64,000 bases of DNA from Eledone cirrhosa (GCA_964016885.1 OZ024752.1:41044001-41108000); one strand, 5' to 3'; shown: positions 18,146 to 31,268, numbered from the stretch's first letter. Numbers and translations are program-made. Notes: a model not told the origin generated them from the sequence alone.

Positions 18146-18542
18146 TCCAGTAACAAAATTAATCCGTTTTTATTTTATAACGTATTTAAAAAAAAGAAAG
18201 CCTTTAATACAATAATATCTAAAAGTAAGATATGAGATGGTCATATTTGGATAACCCTGCACGCAAGGGCATTGTTTCAGGGGTGGGAGTACCAGGGGAC
18301 AAGCCCCCACCCCCACCCCACCCCGCTTTTTCAAACGTCTATATTATATTTTTTGTTTATTTAATATAATAAATTCTTTTTAAGCTTATTTTTTTTTATA
18401 TCTGAACTTCATTTGAATATATAAAATTTAATTAGCGTAAAATTTTACTTTTGTGATAGGGTCCGGGTAAGGGACCATAAGCAATACTAACATGCCCCTT
18501 TAAGAATCAACAAATGTTGGTTTGTCCCCCTCACATTTTTAA

Positions 18543-18939
18543 CACTTTAGCATTCACATTACTCTATAGTTACTATTGTAAAGGCTTTACTTCACATAAT
18601 TATCCCATAAAATATCAAATCTATGAGATTTTGATATTATCTATTTGGAGGGCGGTGGATTGGCAGTATCGGTAGAGGGTCGGACGCCATGCTTTGACGT
18701 ATAGAGTTACGGCCCTTGCCATTCTGAGTTCAAATCCCGCCGAGGTTAACTTTGCCTTTCATTCTTACGGGGTCGATAAAATAAAGTACCAGTAATGCAC
18801 TGGGTGATTGCTGGTAGAAACAATTATCTATTTGGAGAACAATACCTTAAAGTCGGTGTGAGTGGTCAGTTAAGGCTGGTTTGAGCAGAAAGAGGTGAGA
18901 GAATTCTGGCCTGATATGGCCGGTTTAAATGCTAAAGGG
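18543..18939. mobile_element. piggyBac-type MITE (TTAA flanks) interrupted by a SINE
   Basis: TTAA|CACTTTAGCATT ... AATGCTAAAGGG|TTAA; a related end occurs at 24029. Confidence 0.65.
18651..18822 (+). mobile_element. SINE-A copy with a 15 bp target-site duplication
   Basis: ATTATCTATTTGGAG at 18636-18650 and 18823-18837; A and B boxes present. Confidence 0.92.
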
Positions 18940-19331
18940 TTAAGGCAAACGAGGCCCCTGCCTGCTAGGCACGATCAGAGCTGACCTAGGGTTGAACATA
19001 ACAACACATGTTATATTCTTCCTTTCACTTGTAAAAGCTAATAATATCGAGTGTGGGAAACCTGACTATAGCAGGAGAACAAATTGTTTGCAAGTTGTAA
19101 GTTTTCTGATTTCGATGTTGGAACAACTAACTGTGTGATGAATGAATGAATGAATGAATGAATGAATGAATGAATGGATGAATGGATGAATGAATGAATG
19201 AATAGAACTGGCGAAATGTGTAAATGGTGACGTATTTACTACAGCATGCTTGCGTATGCAGAAACAGTTTTTTTGTTAACGTCGATGTCGTTTTGTCAAT
19301 GTGGCACAGAAACATATATATATATATATAT

Positions 19332-19627
19332 ACGATAGTAAACAAATGGAAACTATATTTATAAAACCATATATATTTCATTATACATATTTCAGGGATA
19401 CCATATTAAAAATATGGCATGCCTTCGTCAGATAAAATACAATATATAAACTGTTTTATATTTTTAATATGGTATCCCTGAAATATGTATAATGAAATAA
19501 ATATGGTTTTATAAATATAGTTTCCATTTGTTTACTATCGTATATCTACTCCAAAAACTTGTCGAGTGCTTTATATCGGTTATAAAATATTTACTTGTTG
19601 TAACCCAACAATTTTAAATAAAACTTT

Positions 19628-19631
<4 letters not shown>
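19332..19631 (+). mobile_element. Family D fold-back element in (TA)n
   Basis: Arms 19332-19420 and 19460-19543; tail with GTCGAGTGC; homologous to 59192-59489 and 63319-63447. Confidence 0.8.
19374..19439 (-). ncRNA. Minimal type I hammerhead ribozyme (family D)
   Basis: Stem I TATTTTAT/ATGAAATA; CTGACGA; stem II AGG..CCATATT/AATATGG..CCT; GAAA; stem III ATA-TG-TAT; AUA cleavage triplet. Confidence 0.75.
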
Positions 19632-19679
<48 letters not shown>

Positions 19680-19683
19680 TATA

Positions 19684-19719
<36 letters not shown>

Positions 19720-19769
19720 TGCATGTATATATACATTCGATCACAGCGCTGTTAGTTGCTATCGTGTGT

Positions 19770-19913
19770 GTGTGTGTAGATATGTTTATGTGTGTGCGTG
19801 TATGTGTATATATATATATATGTATATGTATATCATTATTGTTGTTGTCGTTATTATTATTGTTGTTGTTATTATTATTATTATTGTTATTAATGTATGT
19901 GTGTGTGTATATA

Positions 19914-19962
<49 letters not shown>

Positions 19963-20058
19963 CTTCTTTTTTTTATTTTTATTTTATTTTTTATTTATTT
20001 ATTAATTTTTTTTTCCTCGTGCAATGGCCATACTCGATAACGAGGGGGCAGCCATCAT
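19770..20058 (+). mobile_element. Microsatellite-bodied repeat ending in an RTE-like 3' hairpin
   Basis: Same order of simple repeats plus CCTCGTGCAATGGCCATACTCGATAACGAGGGGGCAGCCA as the reverse complement of 29590-29872. Confidence 0.6.
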
Positions 20059-20107
20059 GTATATATATATATATACACACATACATACATATATATATAT
20101 ATATGAT

Positions 20108-20140
<33 letters not shown>

Positions 20141-20561
20141 ATGTAAAAGGTAAACAGAAATAACAACACAATCGGTACAGTATATGGAAGGAATATATTA
20201 GGTCAATGCTTGAAATATCAGGAAGAGTGCCTTAACTGTGCTTTACACAGATAAATACCTATCAATACAAGCGTGTATGTGTGTGTGTGAATGTGTGTGT
20301 GTGTGTATCTGTGAATGTGTATATTGATACATATAATATATTGATAATATATATGTAGTAAGCACACTAAATTCCAATACTTTTTTTATTTTTTCCCCAG
20401 TTATTTTCAAGAGAAATTGTTTTTCATACCAGAGTTACCTCCACTTTATATCGTTCAGCCAACCCAACTGTATAAACATAATTAACAACTATAGCTTGCA
20501 GTTCTGCAATGTTTATTAGCTCATGAAACCATTAGCTCCAGATGTAATATCGGGAGCATGA

Positions 20562-20598
<37 letters not shown>

Positions 20599-20600
<2 letters not shown>

Positions 20601-20869
20601 GAGCATCGCAAAAGTCAGCTCAAAAGTGACACAGAGGAGATTGAGGTTAGCTGGACATGCTCACCGACATCCAGAGTTGACATTGCACTCAGTGCTCCTT
20701 TGGGAGCCCCTACATGGACACACTAGAAGAGGAAGACCAGGGTTAACGTATGTTGATGCCCTAAGGACAGACACTGGTCTGTTGGAGACGCAGGACATGG
20801 CAGCGATAATGAGGGACAGAGACCGCTGGAGAGAACTCGTCCATGGATCTCGGGAATTTTACCCGCCTT

Positions 20870-20871
<2 letters not shown>
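20599..20871 (+). pseudogene. 3' end of an RTE-clade LINE ORF (5' truncated)
   Basis: RRLRLAGH...W.P.HG..RRGRP...DRDRWR motif series; the TAG stop runs straight into (TA)n; second copy at 40887-41058. Confidence 0.85.
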
Positions 20872-20900
<29 letters not shown>

Positions 20901-20903
<3 letters not shown>

Positions 20904-21090
20904 GAAGTAATTCCATCGGAAAAGTCCAGGAAAAAAGAGTGCTCTATGTAAGCAACAGAGCTTAATTATTATTATTATGTAATAAACAACATAAGGCAAT
21001 TATTCCATTTACCAGTGGTTTCTTAAAAGCAAAAGGTTTTGCTTTCAATCCTCAGAATGAAAAATCCTGGTTTGTTTATTGAATATGGAT
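20901..21090 (-). mobile_element. Family E element (hammerhead-like core without stem II)
   Basis: Minus CTGAGGA-TT-GAAA-GCAAAA-CC-TTTTGC-TT; homologous to 58817-59169. Confidence 0.65.
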
Positions 21091-21263
21091 TCTAAAAACA
21101 AAAATGCAATCTATATGAAAGTGAGGCTGGAAAAGGGAGAAGGAAAGGAAAAATAAAATAAAATAAAACTACACATGCAAACACACACAAAAAAACACAA
21201 AAGCATACTTACACACACACACATATATACACATATAATTTGCACGCATACACATATACACAT

Positions 21264-21342
<79 letters not shown>

Positions 21343-21343
21343 T

Positions 21344-21610
21344 AGAAGTGGTTACACAACAGTTAGTTCACCATACCGAGAACAATTGTTTCACCTTAGC
21401 GGATCCTCAGCTCGGGATGTGTTTGGTTATAGGAACAGGAAGGATATCCCTTCCTGTTCCTATAACCATACACATCCCGAGCTGAAGATCCGCGAAGGTG
21501 AAACAATTGTTCTCGGTATGGTGAACTAACTGTTGTGTAACCACTTCTACCTAACTCGTCCCTTGGACTGAGTGCTCTACCACTACGGATATTACCTTCC
21601 AGTGTTCCAC

Positions 21611-21613
<3 letters not shown>
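21344..21613 (+). mobile_element. Family F fold-back element with ~100 bp arms, in (TA)n
   Basis: Near-perfect palindrome centred on GGATATCC (about 21446) plus a ~65 bp tail containing CTGAGTGC. Confidence 0.85.
21477..21516 (+). ncRNA. Minimal type I hammerhead ribozyme; mirror copy on minus at 21376-21415
   Basis: CCGAG-CTGAAGA-TCC-GCGAA-GGT-GAAA-CAATTG-TT-CTCGG: 5 bp stem I and palindromic stem III. Confidence 0.8.
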
Positions 21614-21644
<31 letters not shown>

Positions 21645-21646
<2 letters not shown>

Positions 21647-21930
21647 CGTTTCTGCATTTGTTTAGCAAGATTCTTTATCTGAAATCGTGTGTTGAAACCG
21701 ATATTCTTGTACTTTGGGAGGGTCATGAAGTCACTGAAGAGGTCACAGAGTGTGTGACGAAAGAACTATGACTATATATATATAAACAACTATCTGGTTG
21801 TGGAACCAACCAACCAACCAGAAATTTATAAATTTATAAATTTGTAAATTTATAAATATATAATAAATTAAATTGAAGTGAAAGCAACTGGTGCGTGTGT
21901 TTCTTATTGGCAACATGACCCTCCCAAAGT

Positions 21931-21938
<8 letters not shown>
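21645..21938. mobile_element. Family N element with short inverted ends (GTACTTTGGGAGGGTCATG / CATGACCCTCCCAAAGTAC)
   Basis: Homologous to 57790-57988 and 49529-49885; flanked by (TA)n. Confidence 0.75.
21729..21773 (+). ncRNA. Type I hammerhead ribozyme (family N)
   Basis: AGTCA-CTGAAGA-G-GTCAC-AGAGTGT-GTGAC-GAAA-GAAC-TA-TGACT; all three stems pair. Confidence 0.8.
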
Positions 21939-21979
<41 letters not shown>

Positions 21980-22027
21980 TATATTAATTAAAAATATTAA
22001 CAAAATAGATATTCTTGTGATCAAGTA

Positions 22028-22094
22028 TATTTTATTATACATATTTCAGAGGTACTGAGTTAACTTCAACAGTACGTCCTCATCAGATAAAATA
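22028..22094 (-). ncRNA. Type I hammerhead ribozyme within a family D2 element (21983-22152; second copy 49219-49394)
   Basis: TATTTTAT-CTGATGA-GGACGTACTG...CAGTACCTCT-GAAA-TATGTAT-A-ATAAAATA; 8 bp perfect stem I. Confidence 0.8.
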
Positions 22095-22220
22095 AGATGA
22101 TGCATGACATACCCTGACATAGTAGATGGTTAAGATTCAGTCATGGTAGTGAATGTTGAGTGCTTCCAATCTATTGTAAAACTCATTCTTTGATTTATTC
22201 ATTGAACTTTGTTTAACTTT

Positions 22221-22302
<82 letters not shown>

Positions 22303-22306
<4 letters not shown>

Positions 22307-22692
22307 GTTATGCAAGAAATGCTTAGGATTATCCTGAATTCAGTAATGGTTAATTACTACACTAGATAGAGTTGACGTACGGTGAGGGGTTACTCAACGA
22401 GTTATGGAAGAATAGTTAAAGAAACTCGGTTTCCGATTCTTCTGTATTTCGGAGTATAGATAAAGAATGAATAATAAAACAGGTAGACATCCTTAAAAAG
22501 GTAATTTATTCCGAGTGCTTTTTTGCTCTGAAGACACGGTAGGATAAACAGCATTTGAAAATTGAATATCTGCAAATAAATAACTACCAATTTGTACATA
22601 ACATGACTAGGCTGTGTAACTACTGTAGAAACATTTGTAAGCACTCGGAATGGATTACCTTTTTATGATATCTACCTGTTTTATTATTCATT

Positions 22693-22698
<6 letters not shown>
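22303..22698. mobile_element. Family G element; hammerhead with a very long stem II at 22524-22643 (+)
   Basis: Inverted arms 22460-22520 and 22640-22698; TGCT-CTGAAGA-CACGGTAG...CTACTGTA-GAAA-CATTTG-TA-AGCA. Confidence 0.65.
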
Positions 22699-22759
<61 letters not shown>

Positions 22760-22957
22760 TATATGCATCTGTGTGTGTGTGTGTGTGTGTGTGTAGTATA
22801 TACATATATATATACATACATATACATATACACATACATGTGTATATGTTTCCGTACTAAACTTGATTGGATGGCAATATAGGTTTGTAAATAGATGAAC
22901 TGACCTATGACTCATTAGCTTTCTTCATTCGAACTCATTCACAGTCACGCACCACAC

Positions 22958-23367
<410 letters not shown>

Positions 23368-24050
23368 ATATACATTCATCTATTTATACATGCTTAAAAT
23401 AGAAGGTACATATACATCGGAACTCTTGGTTATATTACTAATTGCCTCAGTACAAATCTTGCGAAGCTGGACTTCTAGAGCATTGTTAGTTAGGAAGTTG
23501 TAAGTACAGACCATTAATGGATCTGTAAAAAAAAATAGTTCAGCATGTAATAACTACATGAACACATGTATAGATACATGTGTATATGTAGTTATTACAT
23601 GTAGCTATTATCTTGGACACTTTGGTTACGTAAATAACTATCTCACGACCAAACCTGATGAGCTGAGCTTCATAGACATGGTTAATTAGGAAATTACGAT
23701 TATAATGTCAGTATTAACATGTCAGTAACGTAGCTGTAAAAATATGTATAACTAGCCAGACGGGGAGTATTTTGTTTGTACAGCAGATATGTTCATAAAC
23801 AAAGGAGGTCATATCATTCAATCAATAAAATGTAGTCGTCTGCAATGTTAGATTAATTTATCACCAGTCAGACGCTTTAAAATCTCAGTTTATTTTCTCT
23901 TTACAGGGATGGTAATAACAAAAATCTTGATTAGTTGTGATAAAATCGAAAAGTCAATGAAGACACCAATCATTATATAAAATCTTTCAGTATATTAATC
24001 TTACTGCGTTAAAATATGTTAACACTCCTTAACTCTTTAGCATTTAAACC

Positions 24051-24130
24051 GGCCATATCCGGCCATATCCGGCCATATCCGGCCATATCCGGCCATGTCC
24101 GGCCATATCCGGCCATATCCGGCTATATCA
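24051..24130 (+). repeat. 10 bp minisatellite (GGCCATATCC) x8 grown from a piggyBac-like MITE end
   Basis: Follows TTAACTCTTTAGCATTTAAACC; the unit is single-copy in the related end at 18907-18943. Confidence 0.85.
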
Positions 24131-25350
24131 GGTCAGAATTGTCTCACCTCTTTGTGAGTGAAATTTAGTTGACCGATTAACTAAGTAAAGCCATTCCATT
24201 CAGATGAATTTGTTGCTATTTAGTCCCCATGTTATTCCTGATTGAATGAACCTATAATGAAAGGCATCCCAGACTGACCATACAATTTTCTATATACCAG
24301 AACCTACATTGTTCAATGTGCCGTTTCCTTTTTCTAGGTTCAAAGTATCTTTTCCTTTTTAAGGGTTGGCTGCAATTTTTAACACCTCGAGTGTTCAATT
24401 ATTAACTTGAAAAATAGAGGCATTGCTATTGTTTGATCTCATATCAGCTCTGAACTAGCGGATCTATTATTAAAGTGGTACAAACCATGGCTATCGCATC
24501 ATATTTTCAAACAGTGAGTCCTTTTCTTAACACGGTATTGTATGATTTTATGAAGATTCCACTGTAATTTCTAGCATATTTATTGACCATGTGGAGAGTC
24601 TCTATTTTGTTCGAAGTAAGTTAAATGTCGGATGCAGCAACGAGTAAAGTTACGATAGAATGCAATGTTCTGAATGTAGAAAAGAATGGCAAAAGCCTTC
24701 AACGCAAATTTATCGTATTTATGATAATATCGAATTGTCCGCTGTCGCTGATGTCTTCAGGCTAAGCTAGATATTGGTGGAGAGGCAGTGGAGTTGGGTT
24801 CTAGTTGAATAAATCGAAGGAAAATGTGGATCACTTCATAAGGTTCATCAGTTAACGAGCCTGCGTGTATTACAAGACTTATCATTAGTTGAACTAACGT
24901 TATATCGATCTTCATTCGATCAAATAATATGACAGAAAGGACAGAGCAGGCTTCACCATGCAATCAACTTACGATCGAAGCCATATTTAACAGCTAACGA
25001 ATATCGAAAAATGGCGTCGTACTGTGAAATCTAAAAACCATAAAATAGTTTTCCTATATCAACTTGTAACGGTGAATTATTGAAGAGTGAGACACCTTCC
25101 ACTACATCACGCAGAAATACCTCACATCTGCTTACATATGTATATATAAGTGTGTGAGTGCAGGAGTTTATATATATATATATGTGTATATATATGTGTG
25201 TGTGTGTGTGAGTGCAGGGGTTTATATATATATGTATATATGTGTGTGTGTGCGACTTTATATGTTTGCACGCACGCGTGCATCAATGTCTATCTAGATA
25301 TATGCACCACACAGAGATCCACGCCATATATATATGTGTGTGTATATATC

Positions 25351-25385
<35 letters not shown>

Positions 25386-25402
25386 ATGTATGTATATGTA
25401 TG

Positions 25403-25440
<38 letters not shown>

Positions 25441-25509
25441 TATATACATACATATACATACATACACACACACACACGCACGCGCATATATATATATATA
25501 TATATATTT

Positions 25510-25540
<31 letters not shown>

Positions 25541-25609
25541 TATATATGTATGTATGTGTGCATATATATACATATGTGTATACATTAATACATGTACGTA
25601 TATATATAC

Positions 25610-25652
<43 letters not shown>

Positions 25653-25916
25653 TGGGAGAGATTGAGAGAGAGAGAGAAAGAGAGAGGTGCGGAGAAGACG
25701 TCTCATATATGAAGACATGTTGCACATTTTGAAACAAATGGCGTATATTGGTGAAATTACATCTGAAGCTGCCGAAAAAGAATTGCACTGGATGTCATAA
25801 ATGTTTTAGTGATTAGATGTACGTATATATCAGCTCTTTAACCTTTTCTACATCAATGAGTAGAAAAATGTGGACAAAATAACATCTACCATAACGACAT
25901 CATTGATGTGAGCGAA

Positions 25917-26650
25917 GGGCGGTGGGTTGGCAGTATCGGTAGAGGGTCGGGCGCCATGTTTTGCAAGCACGGATTTACGGCGCTTTACGGTCAAATCTCG
26001 CCGAGGTTAACTTTGCCTTTCATCTTTACGGGGGTAGATAAAATAAAGTACCAGTAATGCACTGGGTATTTGATGGCCTTGTGCCTATATAAGAAACCAT
26101 TGGCAGTATCGGTAGAGGGTCGGGCGCCATGTTTTGCAAGCACAGATTTACGGCGCTTTACGGTCAAATCTCGCCGAGGTTAACTTTGCCTTTCATCTTT
26201 ACGGGGGTATATAAAATAAAGTACCAGTAATGCACTGGTTAATTGATGGCCTTGTGCCTATATAAGAAACCATTGGCAGTATCGGTAGAGGGTCGGACGC
26301 CATGCTTTCCAGCATAGTTACGTCCCTTTGCGATCTGAGTTCAAATCTCGCCGAGGTTGACTTTGCCTTTCATCTTTACGGGGTAGATAAAATAAAGTAC
26401 CAGTAATGCACTGGGTAATTTATGGCCTTGTGCCTATAAAAGAAACTATTATTAGTATTAGTAGTGGATTGGCAGAATCGGTGGAGGATCGGACGCCATG
26501 CTTTGCAGCATAGAGTTACGTCCCTTTACGGTCACAGTTCAAATCCATCCGAGGTTAACTTTGCCTTTCATCCTTACGGGGTCGATAAAATAAAGTACCA
26601 GTAATACACTGACGTAATTGCTGGCCTTGTGCCAAAAGTAGATGCCATTA
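25917..26650 (+). mobile_element. Four head-to-tail SINE-A copies
   Basis: A box TGGCAG(T/A)ATCGG at about 25929, 26101, 26274 and 26470, each followed by body and tail. Confidence 0.85.
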
Positions 26651-26745
26651 TTATCAGCAAGGTTGTTGATTCGTCCAAATGGTAATGTTTTGAAAAAAAA
26701 AAAAAAATAGTAGATATGCCTGTGTGTGTGTGTGTTATGTGTGTG

Positions 26746-26785
<40 letters not shown>

Positions 26786-27124
26786 GTGTGTGTAGGTGTG
26801 TTGTATGTGTGTGAATATGTATGGATATCAATTGCGCATTGTTGAAGGTCGAACTGAGAAATCTTACAGTGATCAATACCCCAATAATGGAGATGAGTTG
26901 ATTGACTTGCTGAACACAACAGTTATGAGAAGAAAAGCGCATATAAGGGTGGTGCCCCAGAATGGCCTCAGCTGGCTGGCTGAAACAGGTAGGAAAAACG
27001 TAAAAGGGTGTAGATGCCACAGAAAGACTCCAATGACAACACAGTATATTGCTTTGATAGATTTCGGCCAGTATTGGCCCCGGACCATGTCTAAATTAAT
27101 AGCACTACTTGGCAAAATTACAAT

Positions 27125-27197
27125 TACCTCTGACGGGACTCGAACCCGCAATCCCCGGCTTAGGAGGCCGGTGCCTTATCCATTGGGCCACAGAGGC
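27125..27197 (-). tRNA. tRNA-Arg-CCT: tRNA-Arg (anticodon CCT), copy 1
   Basis: GCCTCTG-TG-GCCCAATGGATAAGGC-A-CCGGC-CTCCTAA-GCCGG-GGATT-GCGGG-TTCGAGT-CCCGT-CAGAGGT-A; 73 nt cloverleaf with a TTTT terminator just downstream. Confidence 0.95.
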
Positions 27198-27347
27198 TTA
27201 CGGAAACACACTTAAGAATTTATCTATATATACATACGTATTGATGTATATATATTACATATTATATATATTATATATATATATACATAAAGCGATAAAA
27301 TACCAATGATGGTTGGAAGATAACTGATGAAGGACTAACTTTATTCA

Positions 27348-27376
<29 letters not shown>

Positions 27377-27378
<2 letters not shown>

Positions 27379-27717
27379 GAAGGTGCATGGCTTAGTAGTT
27401 AGAGCATTGGGCTTGGAATTGAGAGGTTGTAAGTTCGATTCTCGGACCGGGTGATGTGTTGTGTCGTCCTTGAGCAAGACACTTTATTTCACGTTGCTCC
27501 AGTTTACTCAGCTGTAGAAATGAGTTGCGACGTCACTGGTGTCAAGCTGTATCGGCCATTGCCTTTCCCTTGGACAACATCGGTGGCGTGGAGAGGGGAG
27601 ACTGGTATGCATGGGCGACTGCTGGTCTTCCACAAAACAAACCTTGCCCAGGCTTGTGCCTCAGAGGGAAACTTTCTAGGTGCAAAACCCATGGTCATTC
27701 GTGACCGAGTGGGGCCC
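27377..27717 (+). mobile_element. SINE-B (tRNA head plus CORE-like domain), tail type 1
   Basis: A box TGGCTTAGTAG, B box GTTCGATTC, then GTCCTTGAGCAAGACACTT resembling the CORE-SINE motif. Confidence 0.8.
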
Positions 27718-27725
27718 TAGTATAT

Positions 27726-27756
<31 letters not shown>

Positions 27757-28208
27757 GTTAAAGAATGAAGAATAACATGGTCGGCTGTACAAAAAGGGTT
27801 TATTTACAGTATTAACAATTGTTTCAATAATCAGGTGAGCCTAAAAGCCGCTGGTCGCTAGAAAAAAAAAGACGATACGCATGACACTCGTGTGTATGTG
27901 TCTGTGTATGTGTAGATGTGTGTGGCATGTGTGGGAATATGTATGGATATCAATTGCGTATTGTTGAAGGTCGAACTGAGTAACCAGCAATGGAGATAAT
28001 TTGATTGACTTGCTAAACACAGTAGTCCTGAGAAAAAGAACAAATAAGGGTGGTGCCCCAGAATGGCCTCAGCCGGCTGGCTGAAACAGGTAGGAAAAAA
28101 GTAAAAGAGTGTATATGCTATAGAAAGACTCCAATGGCAACACAGTGTATTGCTTTGATAGATTTCAGCCAGTATTGACCTCGGGTCATACAGTTGGCAA
28201 AATTAAAA

Positions 28209-28281
28209 TACCTCTGACGGGACTCGAACCCGCAATCACCGGCTTAGGAGGCCGGTGCCTTATCCATTGGGCCACAGAGGC
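28209..28281 (-). tRNA. tRNA-Arg-CCT: tRNA-Arg (anticodon CCT), copy 2
   Basis: Identical to copy 1 except G>T at the first variable-loop base; TTTT immediately follows the discriminator. Confidence 0.93.
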
Positions 28282-28448
28282 TTACGGAAACAGAAGTAAG
28301 AATTTAAATATATATACAAACGTTTACAAATTATATATATATATACATATATATATTTATCAATTTATCTATATATATATATATATATGTTTGTTGAGTG
28401 AGATGGTTACCAGTCGGAGTTTAGCGTAAAGCTTTCTCTGTTACTGTA

Positions 28449-28544
<96 letters not shown>

Positions 28545-28560
28545 TGATATATATATATGT

Positions 28561-28790
28561 ATGTAAAAGGTAAACAGATATAACAACACAATCGCTACAG
28601 TATATGGGAGGTATATATTGGGTTAACGCTTGATAAAGCAGGAAAAGGGTCTTAACATTTCGGATACTAGGCCCTCATCGGAAGAAAGAATGAGAAATAA
28701 GATAGATTGAGGGGACGGGCGGGTTGGAATTGGAAAACATGTCTTTAGATAAAAATAACAGGTCCATTCATGTTGACATCTCTTGCAAAA
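28561..28790 (-). mobile_element. Family J Penelope-like 3' end with a minimal hammerhead variant at 28650-28685
   Basis: Minus TCTT-CCGATGA-GGGCCTAGTATCC-GAAA-TG-TT-AAGA; the same terminus occurs at 20141-20225 and 54270-54343. Confidence 0.65.
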
Positions 28791-28898
28791 CTGTTTGTGC
28801 TGGCGTTTTGTGTATGATGTATTTTTTAGAAACGGGGTTGATGGAGCATATATATACACATATATATACAGTACACAGAGAGAGAGACAAAGAGAGAA

Positions 28899-28931
<33 letters not shown>

Positions 28932-28964
28932 GAAAGAGGGAGAGGGAGAGAGAGAGAGTGTGGG

Positions 28965-29063
28965 AGGGGTCCGCCAAAAGGTGTATAGACTCTTTGATTA
29001 TCTGTAGAGGCAATATTTATTAGGATCTTGTTGAAGTGTCTCTATATTTTTGGAGACACCCTG
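28965..29063. mobile_element. Small Tc1-like MITE (CAGGGTGTC end); related piece at 54611-54670
   Basis: Right end TTTTTGGAGACACCCTG, degenerate left end, shared internal TTTGATTA.CTGTAGAGGCAATATTTA. Confidence 0.5.
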
Positions 29064-29070
29064 CATATAT

Positions 29071-29180
29071 TGAGCTCAGCCGTCGGGCTCCTACTCGTTC
29101 TTATTACCCACTCTACTACCCTAAGTATTGAGTACTTTGGTGCGTTATGGTCCATCTGGTTCCTTACCATATTTTCTTCG

Positions 29181-29181
<1 letters not shown>
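29071..29181 (+). mobile_element. Family A element, 5' truncated forward copy
   Basis: GAGCTCAGCCGTC...TATTGAGTAC...TTCTTCGT|(TA)n. Confidence 0.8.
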
Positions 29182-29215
<34 letters not shown>

Positions 29216-29240
29216 TAAACGGAATAGAAAATGCTGACAA

Positions 29241-29322
<82 letters not shown>

Positions 29323-29589
29323 ATATATATATATATATATATATAATAGTAGTAGAAATAAAAGTTTCTTAAATATAAAGAAACTATTACATACATAATA
29401 CAGGCAGACATACATACATACGTTCATACATATATAATACATATATATACATGCGTACGCATGTATATACAAACATAAATAAATACATAAATCCATCCAT
29501 CCATACATACATACATACAAACATACATACATACATACATACATACATACATACATACATACATACATACATACATGCATACATACATA

Positions 29590-29872
29590 CATGATGCTGG
29601 CTGCCCCCTCGTTATCGAGTATGGCCATTGCACGAGGAGAAAAAAATAAAAAAAATAGAATAAATAAAATAAAATAAATAAAAAATAAAATAAAAATAAA
29701 AAAAAGAAATATATATATATACACATATACACATACACACACACAAATACATTAATAACAATCATAATAATAATAATAATAATAATAACAACAATAATAA
29801 TAACGACAACAACAATAATAATATACATGTACATATATATACACACAAACACGCACACACACAAACAAATCC
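29590..29872 (-). mobile_element. Second copy of the microsatellite-bodied RTE-tailed repeat
   Basis: Reverse complement matches 19770-20058. Confidence 0.6.
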
Positions 29873-30226
29873 ATACATACATACATACATACATACATAC
29901 ATACATACATACATACATACATACATAGGTACACCACACACGATTGTCAGATAGACACTATATAGAAAGAAGGTGGGGGGGGGGGAATATATAAAAATAT
30001 ATTGTGAGGTAGAGGCAAGTATAGCCGAAACCGATCAATCAACAGAGAGTCTAAATATGAAACATTGATTCATCGATATATAGATATAATGTAAAATTAT
30101 ATTAACAAATATATAGGCATAGGTAAGCAATATATTATAATTTTTAGTATTTTAGATATTTGAGATTTCTATATTTGGAAAACTCATGAATATTCATAAC
30201 CTCTGCTTACTCGTAAATATGTTTAT

Positions 30227-30456
<230 letters not shown>

Positions 30457-30575
30457 TCGCTTTTTATATACAATCATACACAAACATATACACATACAAA
30501 TATACATACATTGATACATTCATATACATGTGTTCACACATATATATATATATATGTGTGTATATGTATATACAT

Positions 30576-30619
<44 letters not shown>

Positions 30620-30691
30620 TTACATGTATATAAATATAACATAACATATATATTTACATTTTTTATATATATATAAACATTTGCATATATA

Positions 30692-30728
<37 letters not shown>

Positions 30729-30781
30729 TTATATATATCCATATATATATATGCTTGAGCTCTGCCGTCGGGATTAAACAT

Positions 30782-30832
<51 letters not shown>

Positions 30833-30881
30833 TACATATATATATAACATGTCTATATATATATATAACATAAATATATGT

Positions 30882-30972
<91 letters not shown>

Positions 30973-31268
30973 CATGCTCTAACTTAAGTGAGATTTGACT
31001 GTTATTTCTAGCAAGTCTCTAATATAAAGTGACCCGAGTCAATCCTGTGTTTTTAAGTAGATTCTCTCTGAGGTCATTTCCCTGAGGTCATTTCATGATA
31101 ACATAGCTGCTATTTCATGTAGACTATGAATGCCATACAGGGTCCATCGTTTCTGTACAGGAACATGTGTATATGTATATGGATATATATATATATATAT
31201 AGATATATATATATATATACACATATACATATACTCATATACATATACATATACACATACACATACAC

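Noticed and set aside
18651-18745. SINE heads as tRNA genes
   Set aside because: They have A and B boxes but no consistent cloverleaf or anticodon arm, and are attached to a SINE body with TSDs.
24700-25060. Unique-looking segment with a 68 aa minus-strand ORF
   Set aside because: No recognisable domain; faint plus-strand RTE-like words (KMWI, EKWRR) hint at a decayed LINE but are too weak to call.
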